NCBI GenBank assembly: GCA_963810275.1
Contig: CAWENF010000021.1
Span: 1 to 64,000, forward strand
From: an uncultured archaeon
GTDB taxonomy: Archaea > Thermoproteota > Bathyarchaeia > Bathyarchaeales > Bathycorpusculaceae
DNA length: 64,000 nt
Reading direction: 5' to 3'
The position numbers and the translations under genes were made by a program. Each line of letters starts with the position of its first letter. Within the stretch, counting starts at the first letter, position 1. The notes under the pieces are model-generated. The model worked only from the letters and a program-made list of their open reading frames with translations. It was not told where the DNA came from and searched no databases. Below, piece by piece: positions 19,820-30,495 of the stretch.

Positions 19820-20717
19820 GTGGCTAATCTATTTGGGCTGCGCAGTGCCATACCGTGTCTCCTCATACGAAATCAGCGCACGCAAAGTTCTCGCTAAGCT
19901 AGGTGTAGAATTAGTGGAGATGCCAGAGTTTAACTGCTGCGGTTTGCCTTTTGATGCAGTAAGCCATGAGACTATGCTGATTTTGGCTGCAAAAAACCTG
20001 GCGTTAGCGGAGCAGCAGGGTTTAAACATTCTTGCTTTGTGCCCTGGATGTGCTGGGACACTTAAGAAAGTTAATAAAATCCTAAAAGCCGACCCTAATC
20101 AGCGAGACGAAGTTAACGGTCACTTAAAAGAGGAAGGTTTGGAGTATAAGGGCACCGTGGAGACAAAACACTTACTCCAATTTCTAAAAGAAGATGTTGG
20201 CGTAGAGAAAATCAAAGCAGCCATCACCCGACCTTTAACTGAGCTCAAAGTGGCGGAGCACAACGGCTGCCACCTGCTGCGCCCAAAAGAGTATATCGGT
20301 TTTGACGATCCTGAAGATCCAGAAATACTAAAAATGCTAATCGAAGCCACAGGTGCCACGTGTCTTGACTACATTGACGAGACCGAATGCTGTGGAGCAC
20401 CTAGCGTGGGGGTAAACGACAAAGTTGCGTTGGCACTAGCGAGGGATAAGCTCACGCACATTAAAGCGGTGAATGCCCAGGCTTTAATCACCATATGTCC
20501 ATTCTGCCATATTATGTACGATACAAATGAACTAAGAATAGAGAAAACTTTTAACGAGGTCTATGGCATTCCAGTTCTCCATTACCCGCAACTACTGGGG
20601 TTAGCCATGGGGTTAACGCCTGAAGAGTTAGCCTTCGGCGAACTGCGAGTAAACCCGCAAAAAATAACAAAACAATTCAGCAAGGAGCGAACTAACTGTG
20701 ACCGAGAAGAAAAGTAA
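19806..20717 (+). CDS. hdrB: Heterodisulfide reductase subunit B
   Basis: Two CCG domains (YLGC, NCCG, HNGCH, ECCG, CPFC, HYPQLLG). Confidence 0.93.
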   Translation: MSSNKWLIYLGCAVPYRVSSYEISARKVLAKLGVELVEMPEFNCCGLPFDAVSHETMLILAAKNLALAEQQGLNILALCPGCAGTLKKVNKILKADPNQRDEVNGHLKEEGLEYKGTVETKHLLQFLKEDVGVEKIKAAITRPLTELKVAEHNGCHLLRPKEYIGFDDPEDPEILKMLIEATGATCLDYIDETECCGAPSVGVNDKVALALARDKLTHIKAVNAQALITICPFCHIMYDTNELRIEKTFNEVYGIPVLHYPQLLGLAMGLTPEELAFGELRVNPQKITKQFSKERTNCDREEK

Positions 20718-21693
20718 GCTGAAAATAGCCTTTTACTGGGCTGCAAGCTGCGGCGGATGCGAAATCGCCGTTTTAGACTTAAACGAGAAAATCCTCCAAG
20801 TCGTTGAATTAGCTGACATCGTGTTCTGGCCTGTTGCAATGGACGTCAAGTACAAAGACGTCGAGGGCATGCCTGACAAATACATCGACATCACATTTTT
20901 CAATGGTTCCATACGCAATAGCGAACAGGAACACATGGCAAAACTCTTGCGAGCAAAAAGTAAAACGCTGGTCGCTTTTGGCAGCTGTGCACACGAAGGC
21001 TGCATCCCCGGATTAGCAAACTTAACTGACAAACAAGGCATATTCGAAAAAGTCTACATTCAAGAACCAACCAACGTTAACCCCGACAAAACGGTGCCTA
21101 AACCAGAAAGCCAGGTCAAAGAAGGGACACTTAAAATCCCTGAATTCTATGACACCGTAAAAACCCTGAACCAAACCGTTGACGTAGACTACTACCTCCC
21201 CGGCTGTCCTCCCCCCGTGCAGCTAATTTCAGCAGCAGTCGACGCCATTGCATCAAACAACTTGCCGCCCAAAGGCTCAGTGCTTGCACCGCCCAAACCC
21301 GTCTGTGACGAATGCCCCAGAAAACGCGACAACAAAAAAATCGACAAAATATATCGAGTCTACGAAAAAGAACCCGAACCTGAAAAATGCCTCCTTGAGC
21401 AAGGCATACTCTGCATGGGTATCGCAACCCGAAGCGGATGTGGTGCGCAATGCTTAAAGGTCGATATGCCTTGTACTGGATGTGGCGGAAAAGCCCCTAA
21501 TGTGCCCGAGCAGGGAGCCGCCATGATTACGGCTTTAGCTTCTATTTTGGGCTACGACGGCGTGGAAGGCAAAACCAAGTACACGCAGAAAGAGATTGAG
21601 GATTTGATAAACCAAATCAAGGATCCAACTGGCACTTTCTATATGTATAGTCTGCCAGCTTCAATTCTAAAACGTAAGGTGAACAAGAAATGA
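20698..21693 (+). CDS. mvhG: Group 3c [NiFe] hydrogenase small subunit
   Basis: SCGGC, GSCA, PGCPP, VCDECP, CLL..G..CMG and CTGC motifs. Confidence 0.9.
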   Translation: MTEKKSKLKIAFYWAASCGGCEIAVLDLNEKILQVVELADIVFWPVAMDVKYKDVEGMPDKYIDITFFNGSIRNSEQEHMAKLLRAKSKTLVAFGSCAHEGCIPGLANLTDKQGIFEKVYIQEPTNVNPDKTVPKPESQVKEGTLKIPEFYDTVKTLNQTVDVDYYLPGCPPPVQLISAAVDAIASNNLPPKGSVLAPPKPVCDECPRKRDNKKIDKIYRVYEKEPEPEKCLLEQGILCMGIATRSGCGAQCLKVDMPCTGCGGKAPNVPEQGAAMITALASILGYDGVEGKTKYTQKEIEDLINQIKDPTGTFYMYSLPASILKRKVNKK

Positions 21694-23150
21694 GTGCCAC
21701 AAAAGAAATAATTATTGACCCAATAACACGCCTAGAAGGACACGGCAACGTATCCATATTCCTTAACGCAAAGGGTGAAGTAGACAATGCTTATCTAAAA
21801 ATCCCCGAGTTGCGTGGATTTGAGAAATTCTGTATTGGCAGACGCGCTGAACTTATGCCACAACTTACTAGCCGCATATGTGGAGTCTGCCCCGTGGCTC
21901 ACCACTTCGCGGCAGCCAAAGCGCTTGATCAAGCGTTCAATGTTGAACCGCCCTCTGCGGCTAAGAAGCTGCGCGAACTCATGTACGCAGCCTACATCAT
22001 TTATGACCACACCTTGCACTTCTATTTCTTAGGGGGACCAGACTTTATCGTGGGCATCGATGCACCTCCAGAAAAACGCAACATCCTCGGAGTCATCGAG
22101 AAGGCAGGTTTAGATGTGGCCAAAGACGTCATAAAGCATCGAGCTTATGGACAGAAAATCACCGAAATCTTAGGTGGCAAAGCAACCCACCCTGTCTGCG
22201 GACTCCCGGGCGGCATCTCCAAAGCGCTGTCTGAAGAGAACCGTGTGGAAATCGAAAAGATGGCAACCTCGTGTGTTGACTTCGCCCAGTTTTCACTCAA
22301 ACTATTCCACGATGTCGTCTTAAACAACGCCAAATACCTGGGCTTAATCAAGAGTCAAGCGTACAGCACCCCAACCTACTACATGGGCACCGTGGACGAA
22401 CACAACAAAGTCAACTTCTACGATGGCAAAGTCCGTGTAGTTGACCCCAAAGGCGACGAATTCATTAAATTTGAAGCCAAAGATTATCTTGATCACGTTA
22501 GCGAACACGTCGAGGAATGGACATACAGCAAATTCCCCTACCTAAAATCAGTCGGCTGGAAAGGTTTAACCGCAGGCCAAGACAGCGGAATCTACCGCGT
22601 CGGACCGCTCGCACGCCTAAATGTCTCCGACGGCATGGCAACCCCATTAGCAGACGCAGAATACCAAGAAATGAAGAAAGCACTTGGCAAACCAGTTCAC
22701 AATACATTAGCATTCCATTGGGCAAGACTAATCGAACTTATGTATGCCACTGAACGTGCTGTTGAACTCGTTAAAGATCCTGAAATCACAAGCACCAATA
22801 TACGCAACAGACCCGGCGAACCAGGCGAAGGCGTAGGCATCGTCGAAGCAGCCAGAGGCACCCTTATCCACCACTACCAACTTGACAAAGACGCCATGAT
22901 AAAAGACGTCAACCTAGTTGTCGCAACAACCAACAACTACCCAGCGATTTGCATGAGCATCCGCGACGCTGCTAAAGGGTTAATCCACAACGACAAAGTC
23001 GACCAAGGCATCCTCAACATGGTTGAAATGGCTTTCAGAGCTTATGACCCCTGCTTTGGCTGTGCTACACACACCGCAGTTGGTCAAATGCCGTTGACCG
23101 TCAACGTTTACGACAGCCAGAAGCAGCTTGTTGACTCTGTTAGCAGATAA
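21690..23150 (+). CDS. mvhA: Group 3c [NiFe] hydrogenase large subunit
   Basis: TRLEGH, L1 RICGVC, L2 RAYDPCFGCATH followed by a cleavable C-terminal extension. Confidence 0.93.
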   Translation: MSATKEIIIDPITRLEGHGNVSIFLNAKGEVDNAYLKIPELRGFEKFCIGRRAELMPQLTSRICGVCPVAHHFAAAKALDQAFNVEPPSAAKKLRELMYAAYIIYDHTLHFYFLGGPDFIVGIDAPPEKRNILGVIEKAGLDVAKDVIKHRAYGQKITEILGGKATHPVCGLPGGISKALSEENRVEIEKMATSCVDFAQFSLKLFHDVVLNNAKYLGLIKSQAYSTPTYYMGTVDEHNKVNFYDGKVRVVDPKGDEFIKFEAKDYLDHVSEHVEEWTYSKFPYLKSVGWKGLTAGQDSGIYRVGPLARLNVSDGMATPLADAEYQEMKKALGKPVHNTLAFHWARLIELMYATERAVELVKDPEITSTNIRNRPGEPGEGVGIVEAARGTLIHHYQLDKDAMIKDVNLVVATTNNYPAICMSIRDAAKGLIHNDKVDQGILNMVEMAFRAYDPCFGCATHTAVGQMPLTVNVYDSQKQLVDSVSR

Positions 23151-23234
23151 ACCAAGCCTGCCTTTTTTGGCTTATCACTTTTTTGTCTTGTAATCTTTAA
23201 GTTCAATTAGGCGTGCTTTTTAATTGGTGCTTTA

Positions 23235-23720
23235 ATGTCTGGCAAAGGCGAAGATTCTCTGCGTGAATGGTTAATCGGGGCAGAACATGTTGTTGTTGCA
23301 GGCATCGGCAATCCAGAGCGCACAGACGACTATGTCGGACTCAAAGTTGTGCAGGCACTCAAGGGCAAGGTGCGCTGTGGCGTTCTACTTTTGGAATGTG
23401 AAACTGTGCCGGAGAGTTACCTGCTTGACATTGAAGAGTACCAGCCTACGCATGTATTGTTAGTCGATGCATCCAAAATCGGGCTAAAACCCGGAGATAC
23501 GCGCTTGATAGATGCGAATGATTTAGCTTCTTTTAGCCCTATCTCATCTCATTCGTTGCCGCTTTATGTGTTTTGTGAGTATCTAAAAAAGACGGTTGGC
23601 TCAAAAATTGCTTTGCTTTTGGTTGAGCCACAAAGTTTGGAGTATAGCGAGGACTTGACGCCCGCGGTTTCGGCTTCATCGGAGCGTTTAGTGGCTATCT
23701 TGACTGAGCTGCTTGGATGA
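23235..23720 (+). CDS. hycI: Hydrogenase maturation protease (HycI-like)
   Basis: GIGN...DD..G, ETVPE, VDA and SSH motifs; directly after mvhA. Confidence 0.88.
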   Translation: MSGKGEDSLREWLIGAEHVVVAGIGNPERTDDYVGLKVVQALKGKVRCGVLLLECETVPESYLLDIEEYQPTHVLLVDASKIGLKPGDTRLIDANDLASFSPISSHSLPLYVFCEYLKKTVGSKIALLLVEPQSLEYSEDLTPAVSASSERLVAILTELLG

Positions 23721-24176
23721 AGTTTTGCGTTTAAACACGTAGTCCACCGTTAAAACCACCTTTTCCAGTTGACGGTGTATTTCTCTTAGATCGATTTGGT
23801 TTTTGTTTGCCCAGTACACGCGGATTTGCTCTGTTTGGTCTTGGTCCTCAAAAGTACCCTGCCAGTATAACTGCAAAGTTTTGGGGTCAACCCATTTACC
23901 GACGTGATCACGGAATTCGCCATCGCTGCTGACACTGAAGAGATGTACCTCGTTTTTATCAGGATCGTAACTCCAGATACTATTTTCGTAGTAGTCCTCG
24001 AAACCTTCGATTTTGGTTTCTATCTCCGAATTTATACCTGTCTCGATTTCCAAGGCGGTCATGTCTCCACAACCATAGAAGATTTTGTCTTCCGATTTTT
24101 TAAGTGCAATGCCCACGCTCCACTCCCCGACTAGTTGTCTAAGCAATTCTGTGGAATTTGTTTGCTGTTGAATCAT
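23688..24176 (-). CDS. Hypothetical beta-barrel protein (DUF1579-like)
   Basis: LVGEW N-terminus and WSYDP motif; beta-rich. Confidence 0.55.
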   Translation of the reverse strand: MIQQQTNSTELLRQLVGEWSVGIALKKSEDKIFYGCGDMTALEIETGINSEIETKIEGFEDYYENSIWSYDPDKNEVHLFSVSSDGEFRDHVGKWVDPKTLQLYWQGTFEDQDQTEQIRVYWANKNQIDLREIHRQLEKVVLTVDYVFKRKTSSKQLSQDSH

Positions 24177-24301
24177 AAATCCACGCCTTAACTTGGAGTG
24201 TGCTTGGATAATAAATTATTGGGTTGCATGCCTGCACCAACAAGGCTTTGTGGGTTACGTTTTTTAGCAGCCCCAGCATTTAAGCTAGCTGTGAGTTTGT
24301 T

Positions 24302-24781
24302 ATGGCAGGCAAAACAGTTATTATCATGGGTTCCGAACGGGATTTAGATTTTAGCCGAGAAATCGCCAAGTACCTAAAACTCCTCGGCGTCACCTATGAG
24401 TTCCGCGTGGCTTCTGCCCACAAAACCCCATTGACAGTTCTTGAAATCCTCAAAGAATTCGAACAAGAAAAGGTCGTGTACATCACGATTGCGGGACGAT
24501 CCAACGCATTAAGCGCATTCATTGATGGTAACACCGTAAAACCCGTGATCGCCTGTCCACCTTACAGCGAGAAATACGGCGGCGCAGACATTTACTCGTC
24601 ACTTCGGGTGCCAAGCGGTATCGGCAGCGTAGTCACAATCGAAACCGAAGGCGCAGCAATCGCTGCCGCAAAGATTTTAGCGTTGGATGACTCTGAAATT
24701 TTGGGCATGGTTGCATCTTATCAGGCTAATAAGAAGGCTGTGCTTGAGAAAGCTAACGAATCTATAAGAATGCTCAAGTAG
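24302..24781 (+). CDS. purE: AIR carboxylase/N5-CAIR mutase
   Basis: MGSERD, SAHKT, AGRSNAL, PVIACP and SSLRVPSG. Confidence 0.93.
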   Translation: MAGKTVIIMGSERDLDFSREIAKYLKLLGVTYEFRVASAHKTPLTVLEILKEFEQEKVVYITIAGRSNALSAFIDGNTVKPVIACPPYSEKYGGADIYSSLRVPSGIGSVVTIETEGAAIAAAKILALDDSEILGMVASYQANKKAVLEKANESIRMLK

Positions 24782-24821
24782 TCATGCCATGGGCTTTTTT
24801 AGCCCAAATTTTCTTTGTTTT

Positions 24822-26006
24822 CTATAGGTTGGGCTCTTTTTCTGCGTCGTGTTCTTTGTCTCGGTCCATTAAGCCAGTTTTCTTTATCCATATCCACATC
24901 AACAAGCTACCTATGATCGTTGTCCCAATCATAAGCAGCAGATACTGCGGCAAAAAATCAGGCCCCAGGACCCAAACCGAGTTACCAAGCACAGTGGCGA
25001 TAGTGTTGGGAATCAATATTGCTGTGCCGATGATAGTTAGGTAAGCGATAATTTTGGAGAGACGATTGTTTAGCAGCGATAGCTTGTTGTTGGATATCGT
25101 AAGCTGATTATTTGCTACAGTTAATTGGTTATTGTAGATTGACTGTGTCGCCTCAATGCCAGATGCGAGGACTTCAGACATATGTTCGGAGAGTGCGATT
25201 TGGCTCTTCACTTGCTCCACCATTCCTGTAAACATGTTAACCAGTTTTGGGTCGTCGGTTAACAGTTCAGCATCTCCGTAGCGGATACCTTGCAGCACAT
25301 CAACGCTTTCCCAGAGTGCATTCATATAAATTATGAGTGCATGTTTCATTTCGTAGATTTTGGGACCTAACGTGGATTTATCCACATCTCTGTCCATTAG
25401 ATCCTTGTTGAGTTCGTCTCCGAATTCTTCAATCATTCGTAAATGGCGGAAGTTGCTGTCATTGTTTGCCTCCAAGATGCGGGAGAGTAGAATTGTGAGC
25501 CTGTCTGCGGGGTTTATATCAAGCGGAATTTTCTTTAGAAAAGTCTCGGAATATCTCCGCAGCCTAAGGAAGCGTTTGTCTACAAGGCGCACGTGAAACG
25601 TCAAAATCAAGTTTTGACGCATAAGCAAGAGAAGCTGGTGAGGTTTAACGTCGTTTCCCCTAATTTGAATGGTGGGAAATGCGAGCCACATTTCCGTGTC
25701 AAAATCCGAGTAGTTGAGTTGGTCACAGCTTGCTAAATTAGCTATGAAGGCTTCACTAAACCCCATCTGGGCAGCCACCATAGGCAAATCGCGGGCTGGG
25801 TCATCAGTTATATAATCCACCCAAGTAATGACGGAGCGGTTAGCTATTTCTAAAAAGTTGGTGGACGACTCAGCTTCGAGCTTAAATGTTCTACCTGAAG
25901 ATTCTAAGCCTGCACAAAACCAACGTTTAGGCAGAAGCTCCAGAGGAGTGGATGTTGAAGCGGTAAACCTCGTCTGCGCAGTAGGCGCCTGTTCCTGAAC
26001 ACCCAT
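24822..26006 (-). CDS. CorA-like divalent cation transporter with a non-canonical signature
   Basis: Long stalk helix and two C-terminal TMs (LTIIGTAILIPNTIA); LGN where GMN is expected. Confidence 0.7.
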   Translation of the reverse strand: MGVQEQAPTAQTRFTASTSTPLELLPKRWFCAGLESSGRTFKLEAESSTNFLEIANRSVITWVDYITDDPARDLPMVAAQMGFSEAFIANLASCDQLNYSDFDTEMWLAFPTIQIRGNDVKPHQLLLLMRQNLILTFHVRLVDKRFLRLRRYSETFLKKIPLDINPADRLTILLSRILEANNDSNFRHLRMIEEFGDELNKDLMDRDVDKSTLGPKIYEMKHALIIYMNALWESVDVLQGIRYGDAELLTDDPKLVNMFTGMVEQVKSQIALSEHMSEVLASGIEATQSIYNNQLTVANNQLTISNNKLSLLNNRLSKIIAYLTIIGTAILIPNTIATVLGNSVWVLGPDFLPQYLLLMIGTTIIGSLLMWIWIKKTGLMDRDKEHDAEKEPNL

Positions 26007-26164
26007 TTTTAATCGCCACCTCATTCATGTTATGAGTATAATAAGCCATTCCACTTTGTTGGAGATAAAAACGTTTGCTTACCTCTATCGTTGTTGAAGC
26101 TTTTTTTAACTAGATAAAGTGATATAGAGGCAAAAACAGAATATGACAGACTGAGGCAAACAGA

Positions 26165-27223
26165 ATGGGCAGCGTAAAAGACTTACAGACCATCCAGAAA
26201 CCCACCAAAACCGCCATGGGAACAGGCAGGTTCCTCTTCAGCGACCGATACAGCGTTTTTGACTGGGGTGAAATGCCCGACCAAATCGAAGGTAAAGGCG
26301 CAGCGCTCTGTCTTATGGGTGCATACTGCTTTGAAGAACTCGAGAAGATTGGCGTAAAAACACATTACCGTGGACTAGTCAATAAAGAGGGCAAAGCCGT
26401 CAGGCTCGCTAGCCTCAAAGAGCCCTCCAGCATCATGGAAGTGGCATTAGTTAACGTTTACCGGCCCCAAACAAGCGTCACAAATGGAAAGATAGTACAT
26501 GATTACAGCGCCTACAACTCAGCGCTGAAAAACTGCCTCATACCACTCGAAGTTATCTACCGAAATGGCTTACCTGAAGGCTCTAGCGTTTTTAAGCGCC
26601 TTGCACAGAGCAAAGTAACCCTGGCAGATTTGGGCTTAGATCACCAGCCCCAACCCGGCGAAACCCTCGAAAAACCAATTTTTGATGTTTCTACCAAGCT
26701 TGAGGAAACAGACCGCTACATCACGTGGGCCGAAGCCCAAAAAATTTCGGGGTTAACCGACTTAGAATTAGCTGACATTAAGGACGTCTTGCTAAAGGCG
26801 GACGAAAACATAACCAAAGCCGCTGCCAACGCGGGGCTAAAAAACGAGGATGGTAAAATCGAGTTAGCGTTTGATGACCAACGTAAACTCATGCTCGTCG
26901 ACGTCTTGGGGACACTGGACGAATGCCGCTTTACATATGGCGGCGTACATGTAAGCAAAGAGGTCGCTCGCCAGTTCTACAAGGAAACCCAGTGGTACAG
27001 CGATTGCGAACGGGCAAAGAAAGAGGCCGAAACAAAAGGCGTGCAAGACTGGAGGTCTCTTTGCAAGTCTCAGCCTCTACGGCTTGACCCGCAACTTAAA
27101 AAGATAATCAGCCAAATGTACATGTCTGTCGCTAACGCAATGTCGGGCAAACAACTCTTCATTTCGCCCCCAATTAAGCAAGTCATCGGCGACTACAAAC
27201 AGTTTATGGGTGAAAAACAGTGA
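26165..27223 (+). CDS. purC: SAICAR synthetase (long archaeal form)
   Basis: MGSVKD, FSDRYSVFDWG, IPLEVIYRN, STKLE, DGKIE and GTLDECR. Confidence 0.93.
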   Translation: MGSVKDLQTIQKPTKTAMGTGRFLFSDRYSVFDWGEMPDQIEGKGAALCLMGAYCFEELEKIGVKTHYRGLVNKEGKAVRLASLKEPSSIMEVALVNVYRPQTSVTNGKIVHDYSAYNSALKNCLIPLEVIYRNGLPEGSSVFKRLAQSKVTLADLGLDHQPQPGETLEKPIFDVSTKLEETDRYITWAEAQKISGLTDLELADIKDVLLKADENITKAAANAGLKNEDGKIELAFDDQRKLMLVDVLGTLDECRFTYGGVHVSKEVARQFYKETQWYSDCERAKKEAETKGVQDWRSLCKSQPLRLDPQLKKIISQMYMSVANAMSGKQLFISPPIKQVIGDYKQFMGEKQ

Positions 27224-28320
27224 GCATGCAAGAAAAAATCAAGCAGGTAACAGAGAGCTATAACCCGGAGAAAATCCGAATTGGAGTTTTAGGCAGCCAC
27301 TCAGCGCTTGAAATCGCTTCAGGCGCGAAACAGGAAGGCTTTGAAACCGTCGTGGTCTGCCAGAACGGACGTGAAAAAACTTACGCCCGCTACTACAGAG
27401 AAGTGTTTGACAAATTCATCTTCCTCGACAAATTCTCAGACATAACCAGCTCCGAAACTGTGACGGAACTCCAAAAACTAAACGTCATTTTCGTGCCCAA
27501 CCGCAGCTTCAGCGTTTATGCAGGCTACGAAGCGATTGAGAACAAATTCGCCGTGCCCCTCATGGGCAACAGGTGGCTTCTAAAAACTGAAGAGCGGACA
27601 GCACCGAAAAACCAGTTGTGGCTGCTAAAAGAGGCAGGCATTCAGCTTCCCATGGGGTTTAAGTCGCCTAAAGACATTGACCGCCCCGTAATCGTAAAAG
27701 TCGCCGAGAAAGGCAGGATCATAGAACGCGCATTTTTCTACGCTTCCAGCCCGGAGGAGTATGAACGGGAAGCTGAAAAACGAATCAAAGCAGGCATTAT
27801 AACCCGAGAAGCGCTTGAGGAATCAGTAATCGAAGAATATGTTTTAGGCGCCAAATTCAACGCCAACTACTTTTATTCACCCCTATCTGACGATATAGAC
27901 CTGCTAGGTTTCGACCGCCGCATCCAAACCGACCTAGACGGCGTTTTGGACTTGCCTGCAAAAGAGCAGCTTGAACTAAACATTGCCACACAGAACATCG
28001 AAATCGGCCATATGGGCGTTACCATGCGAGAAAGCCAACTTGAAAAGGTGTTTGACGCAGGTGAAAAATGGGTGCAGGTTTGCCGTAAGGAGTTCCCGCC
28101 CGGAATGATTGGGCTTTTTGCCTTGCAAGGCGCAATCACCAAAGACCTGCAGTTCCGTATCTTTGACGTTTCTCCCCGTGTGCCAGGCTGCCCATGCGTT
28201 GAGCCCACATCGCCCTATATGAAGTACAAGTACGGTATCGAAGTGGGACCAGGCAAACGCGTCGCTATGGAGATTAAACGAGCAATCCGCAAAAAGCGCC
28301 TCTCTGAAGTGGTTACCTAA
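27220..28320 (+). CDS. purP: PurP-family ATP-grasp protein (paralog 1)
   Basis: GSHSAL, VPNRSF, DRRIQT and DVSPRVPG. Confidence 0.85.
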   Translation: MSMQEKIKQVTESYNPEKIRIGVLGSHSALEIASGAKQEGFETVVVCQNGREKTYARYYREVFDKFIFLDKFSDITSSETVTELQKLNVIFVPNRSFSVYAGYEAIENKFAVPLMGNRWLLKTEERTAPKNQLWLLKEAGIQLPMGFKSPKDIDRPVIVKVAEKGRIIERAFFYASSPEEYEREAEKRIKAGIITREALEESVIEEYVLGAKFNANYFYSPLSDDIDLLGFDRRIQTDLDGVLDLPAKEQLELNIATQNIEIGHMGVTMRESQLEKVFDAGEKWVQVCRKEFPPGMIGLFALQGAITKDLQFRIFDVSPRVPGCPCVEPTSPYMKYKYGIEVGPGKRVAMEIKRAIRKKRLSEVVT

Positions 28321-28321
28321 A

Positions 28322-29407
28322 ATGATTGACAGCACAGACATTCAAAAAATAACAGAAAAATACGACCAAAGTAAACTCGCCATCGGCACCCTTGGCAGTC
28401 ACAGTTCACTAAACATCTTCAAAGGCGCCAGAGAAGAGGGACTGAGGACGGTGTGTATCTGTAAAGAAAAAGACGCCATCATGTACCAAAAGTTCCCGCT
28501 TGTTGATGAATTAATAGTTGTCAAAGACTTTACCGAATTGCTTAACCCATATATGCAGGAGCGGTTGCGTAGCCTAAACGTAGTTTTGATTCCGCACGGC
28601 AGCTTCACAGCGTACCTTAGCACTGAGCAGCTCACAGACAACTTGCATGTTCCAATGATGGGCAACCGCCAACTGCTCCACTGGGAAGCCAATCGCAAGT
28701 CTCAAGAGGAATGGCTTCGCCAAGCGGGACTGCGTTTGCCGGCGGTTTTCGGCTCACCAGACGACATCGACCGCCTCGTCATCGCCAAGCTGCAGGGCGC
28801 CAAAGGCGGCAGAGGCTACTTCCTGGCCAACTCGCCAGCTGGCTTCTACAAAAAAGCCGACGAAATGTTAAAACGCGGCATGTTAACCAAACAGGACCTA
28901 GAAACCGTGCATCTCCAAGAATACGCTTTGGGGGTCAACGTTTATCCAAGCTATTTTAGCAGCATTATAAACGACGATGTTGAACTGCTTGCAATGGATC
29001 GCCGCTATGAATCCGCTGTAGACAGTATAGGAAAAATTCCCGCCAGCCAACAACTGGAAATCGACATAAACCCAACCTACACTGTAGTCGGAAACTTCCC
29101 TATTGTGCTGCGCGAGTCACTTCTTCCTGAGGTGATGCGGATGGGTGACAATGTTCACAAAAAAGCCAAAGAACTTGCGCCACCGGGTATCATCGGTCCA
29201 TTCTGCCTTGAAACAGTAATCACCGACGAAGCAAAAATTTACACGTTCGAAATATCTGCTCGCATAGTGGCAGGCACAAACGTAGGCATCGGCACATCGC
29301 CATACGCTTATTTGCGCTACGGTGAAAACATGTATATGGGTAGACGTATCGCAATTGAACTAAAAGAGGCGATAAAACAGAAGCGGCTAAACGAAGTAGT
29401 CGCCTAA
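28322..29407 (+). CDS. purP: FAICAR synthetase PurP (paralog 2)
   Basis: GSHSSL, PHGSF, GAKGGRGYF P-loop, DRRYES, GPFCLE and FEISARIVAGTN. Confidence 0.92.
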   Translation: MIDSTDIQKITEKYDQSKLAIGTLGSHSSLNIFKGAREEGLRTVCICKEKDAIMYQKFPLVDELIVVKDFTELLNPYMQERLRSLNVVLIPHGSFTAYLSTEQLTDNLHVPMMGNRQLLHWEANRKSQEEWLRQAGLRLPAVFGSPDDIDRLVIAKLQGAKGGRGYFLANSPAGFYKKADEMLKRGMLTKQDLETVHLQEYALGVNVYPSYFSSIINDDVELLAMDRRYESAVDSIGKIPASQQLEIDINPTYTVVGNFPIVLRESLLPEVMRMGDNVHKKAKELAPPGIIGPFCLETVITDEAKIYTFEISARIVAGTNVGIGTSPYAYLRYGENMYMGRRIAIELKEAIKQKRLNEVVA

Positions 29408-29612
29408 ATTTTTCTAATTTATTTTATTAGTACGACACTGGGCAAAAGTTGTTGTTGTTCTGCTTATGGTTTGCTCCACAACCAGTCTGCGTCCAAACCC
29501 AAACGAAGATTGCCATAAAATTTTTGCCTTCTTCATAAGAAAAGTAGTGCCAGAAAACAACCACCATTAAAAATAGTTAAAAAATACAAAAAACTCGACA
29601 AAAGGCGTTAAC

Positions 29613-30374
29613 CTAATTTAGGCACAGCCGTTTAAGCGTATCAAAGCTCTGTCTGTTTCTGTTTCTCCTATAATTCTTCAACACATCCACAAGTCGCTCT
29701 CTGTCTATTTCTCCTATAGTTTGAGCTATAGCTCTGCATGTCTGGCTTTGCCCCAAAAATAAATATTGACACACCGATGTCACATTAGACGCATTGCGAC
29801 AAGTGCTTGCCGTCTCGAAATCCACAATAAAGGGCTTACCCTGAGCGTTTAAAAGCAAGTGTTTTGGGGCCTTACTCAGTTCGCCATGGTCTAGACCTAT
29901 TTCATCAAGCCGCCAGCACTGTTCCAAAATATCCCTTACGACCAGTTGGACTTCGTTTCTGCCTGTATGGATTAGTAGCCACTCCTCAAGCAAGCCGCCG
30001 TCCACGAGTTCCATGAGCAGGAAATGCTTGGTTGAGGCGAAGTATTTTGGTCCAACCCCAACAGTGTTAGCTAGTTGTAGTAGTTCGGCTTCCTGCAATA
30101 GGTTTTCACGACCGGAGTCAACACGCTGCATCTTTAAAGCGTACTTTCTGACGCCAATATCTGCCTTCACAACTATTCCAACATAGCCCTTCCCTAGAAC
30201 AGGAATCGAAAACGCAGAGGCTTTCCCGTCAAACTCAATCCTTTCGATTCCAAGCCGTCGTAGTTCCAAAAACCGTTCCTCCATCTCCAAAGCGGAAGCC
30301 CTTGGGTAACAGACAATCGACGCATATGGCTCAGCGTTTAGCTCATCAACAAATAAAATTGCAGGCGGCTTCAT
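29613..30374 (-). CDS. Atypical (RIO/Bud32-like) Ser/Thr protein kinase
   Basis: LGKGYVG, ALK, HGELS and IVDFE motifs. Confidence 0.8.
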   Translation of the reverse strand: MKPPAILFVDELNAEPYASIVCYPRASALEMEERFLELRRLGIERIEFDGKASAFSIPVLGKGYVGIVVKADIGVRKYALKMQRVDSGRENLLQEAELLQLANTVGVGPKYFASTKHFLLMELVDGGLLEEWLLIHTGRNEVQLVVRDILEQCWRLDEIGLDHGELSKAPKHLLLNAQGKPFIVDFETASTCRNASNVTSVCQYLFLGQSQTCRAIAQTIGEIDRERLVDVLKNYRRNRNRQSFDTLKRLCLN

Positions 30375-30495
30375 GTCGAGGTTTCCTTTTTTATGCTGAA
30401 AAGCGGCGTCATAAACATAATAAGGGTTTCTTAACCTGGTATTTTGAAGTTATAGATTTAATAGTGTTTTATGATTCAACAATACCTGAACAGTT

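Noticed and set aside
21690-23150. Selenocysteine-containing (Vhu-type) hydrogenase
   Set aside because: The L2 motif is DPCFGC with Cys codons and there is no in-frame TGA.
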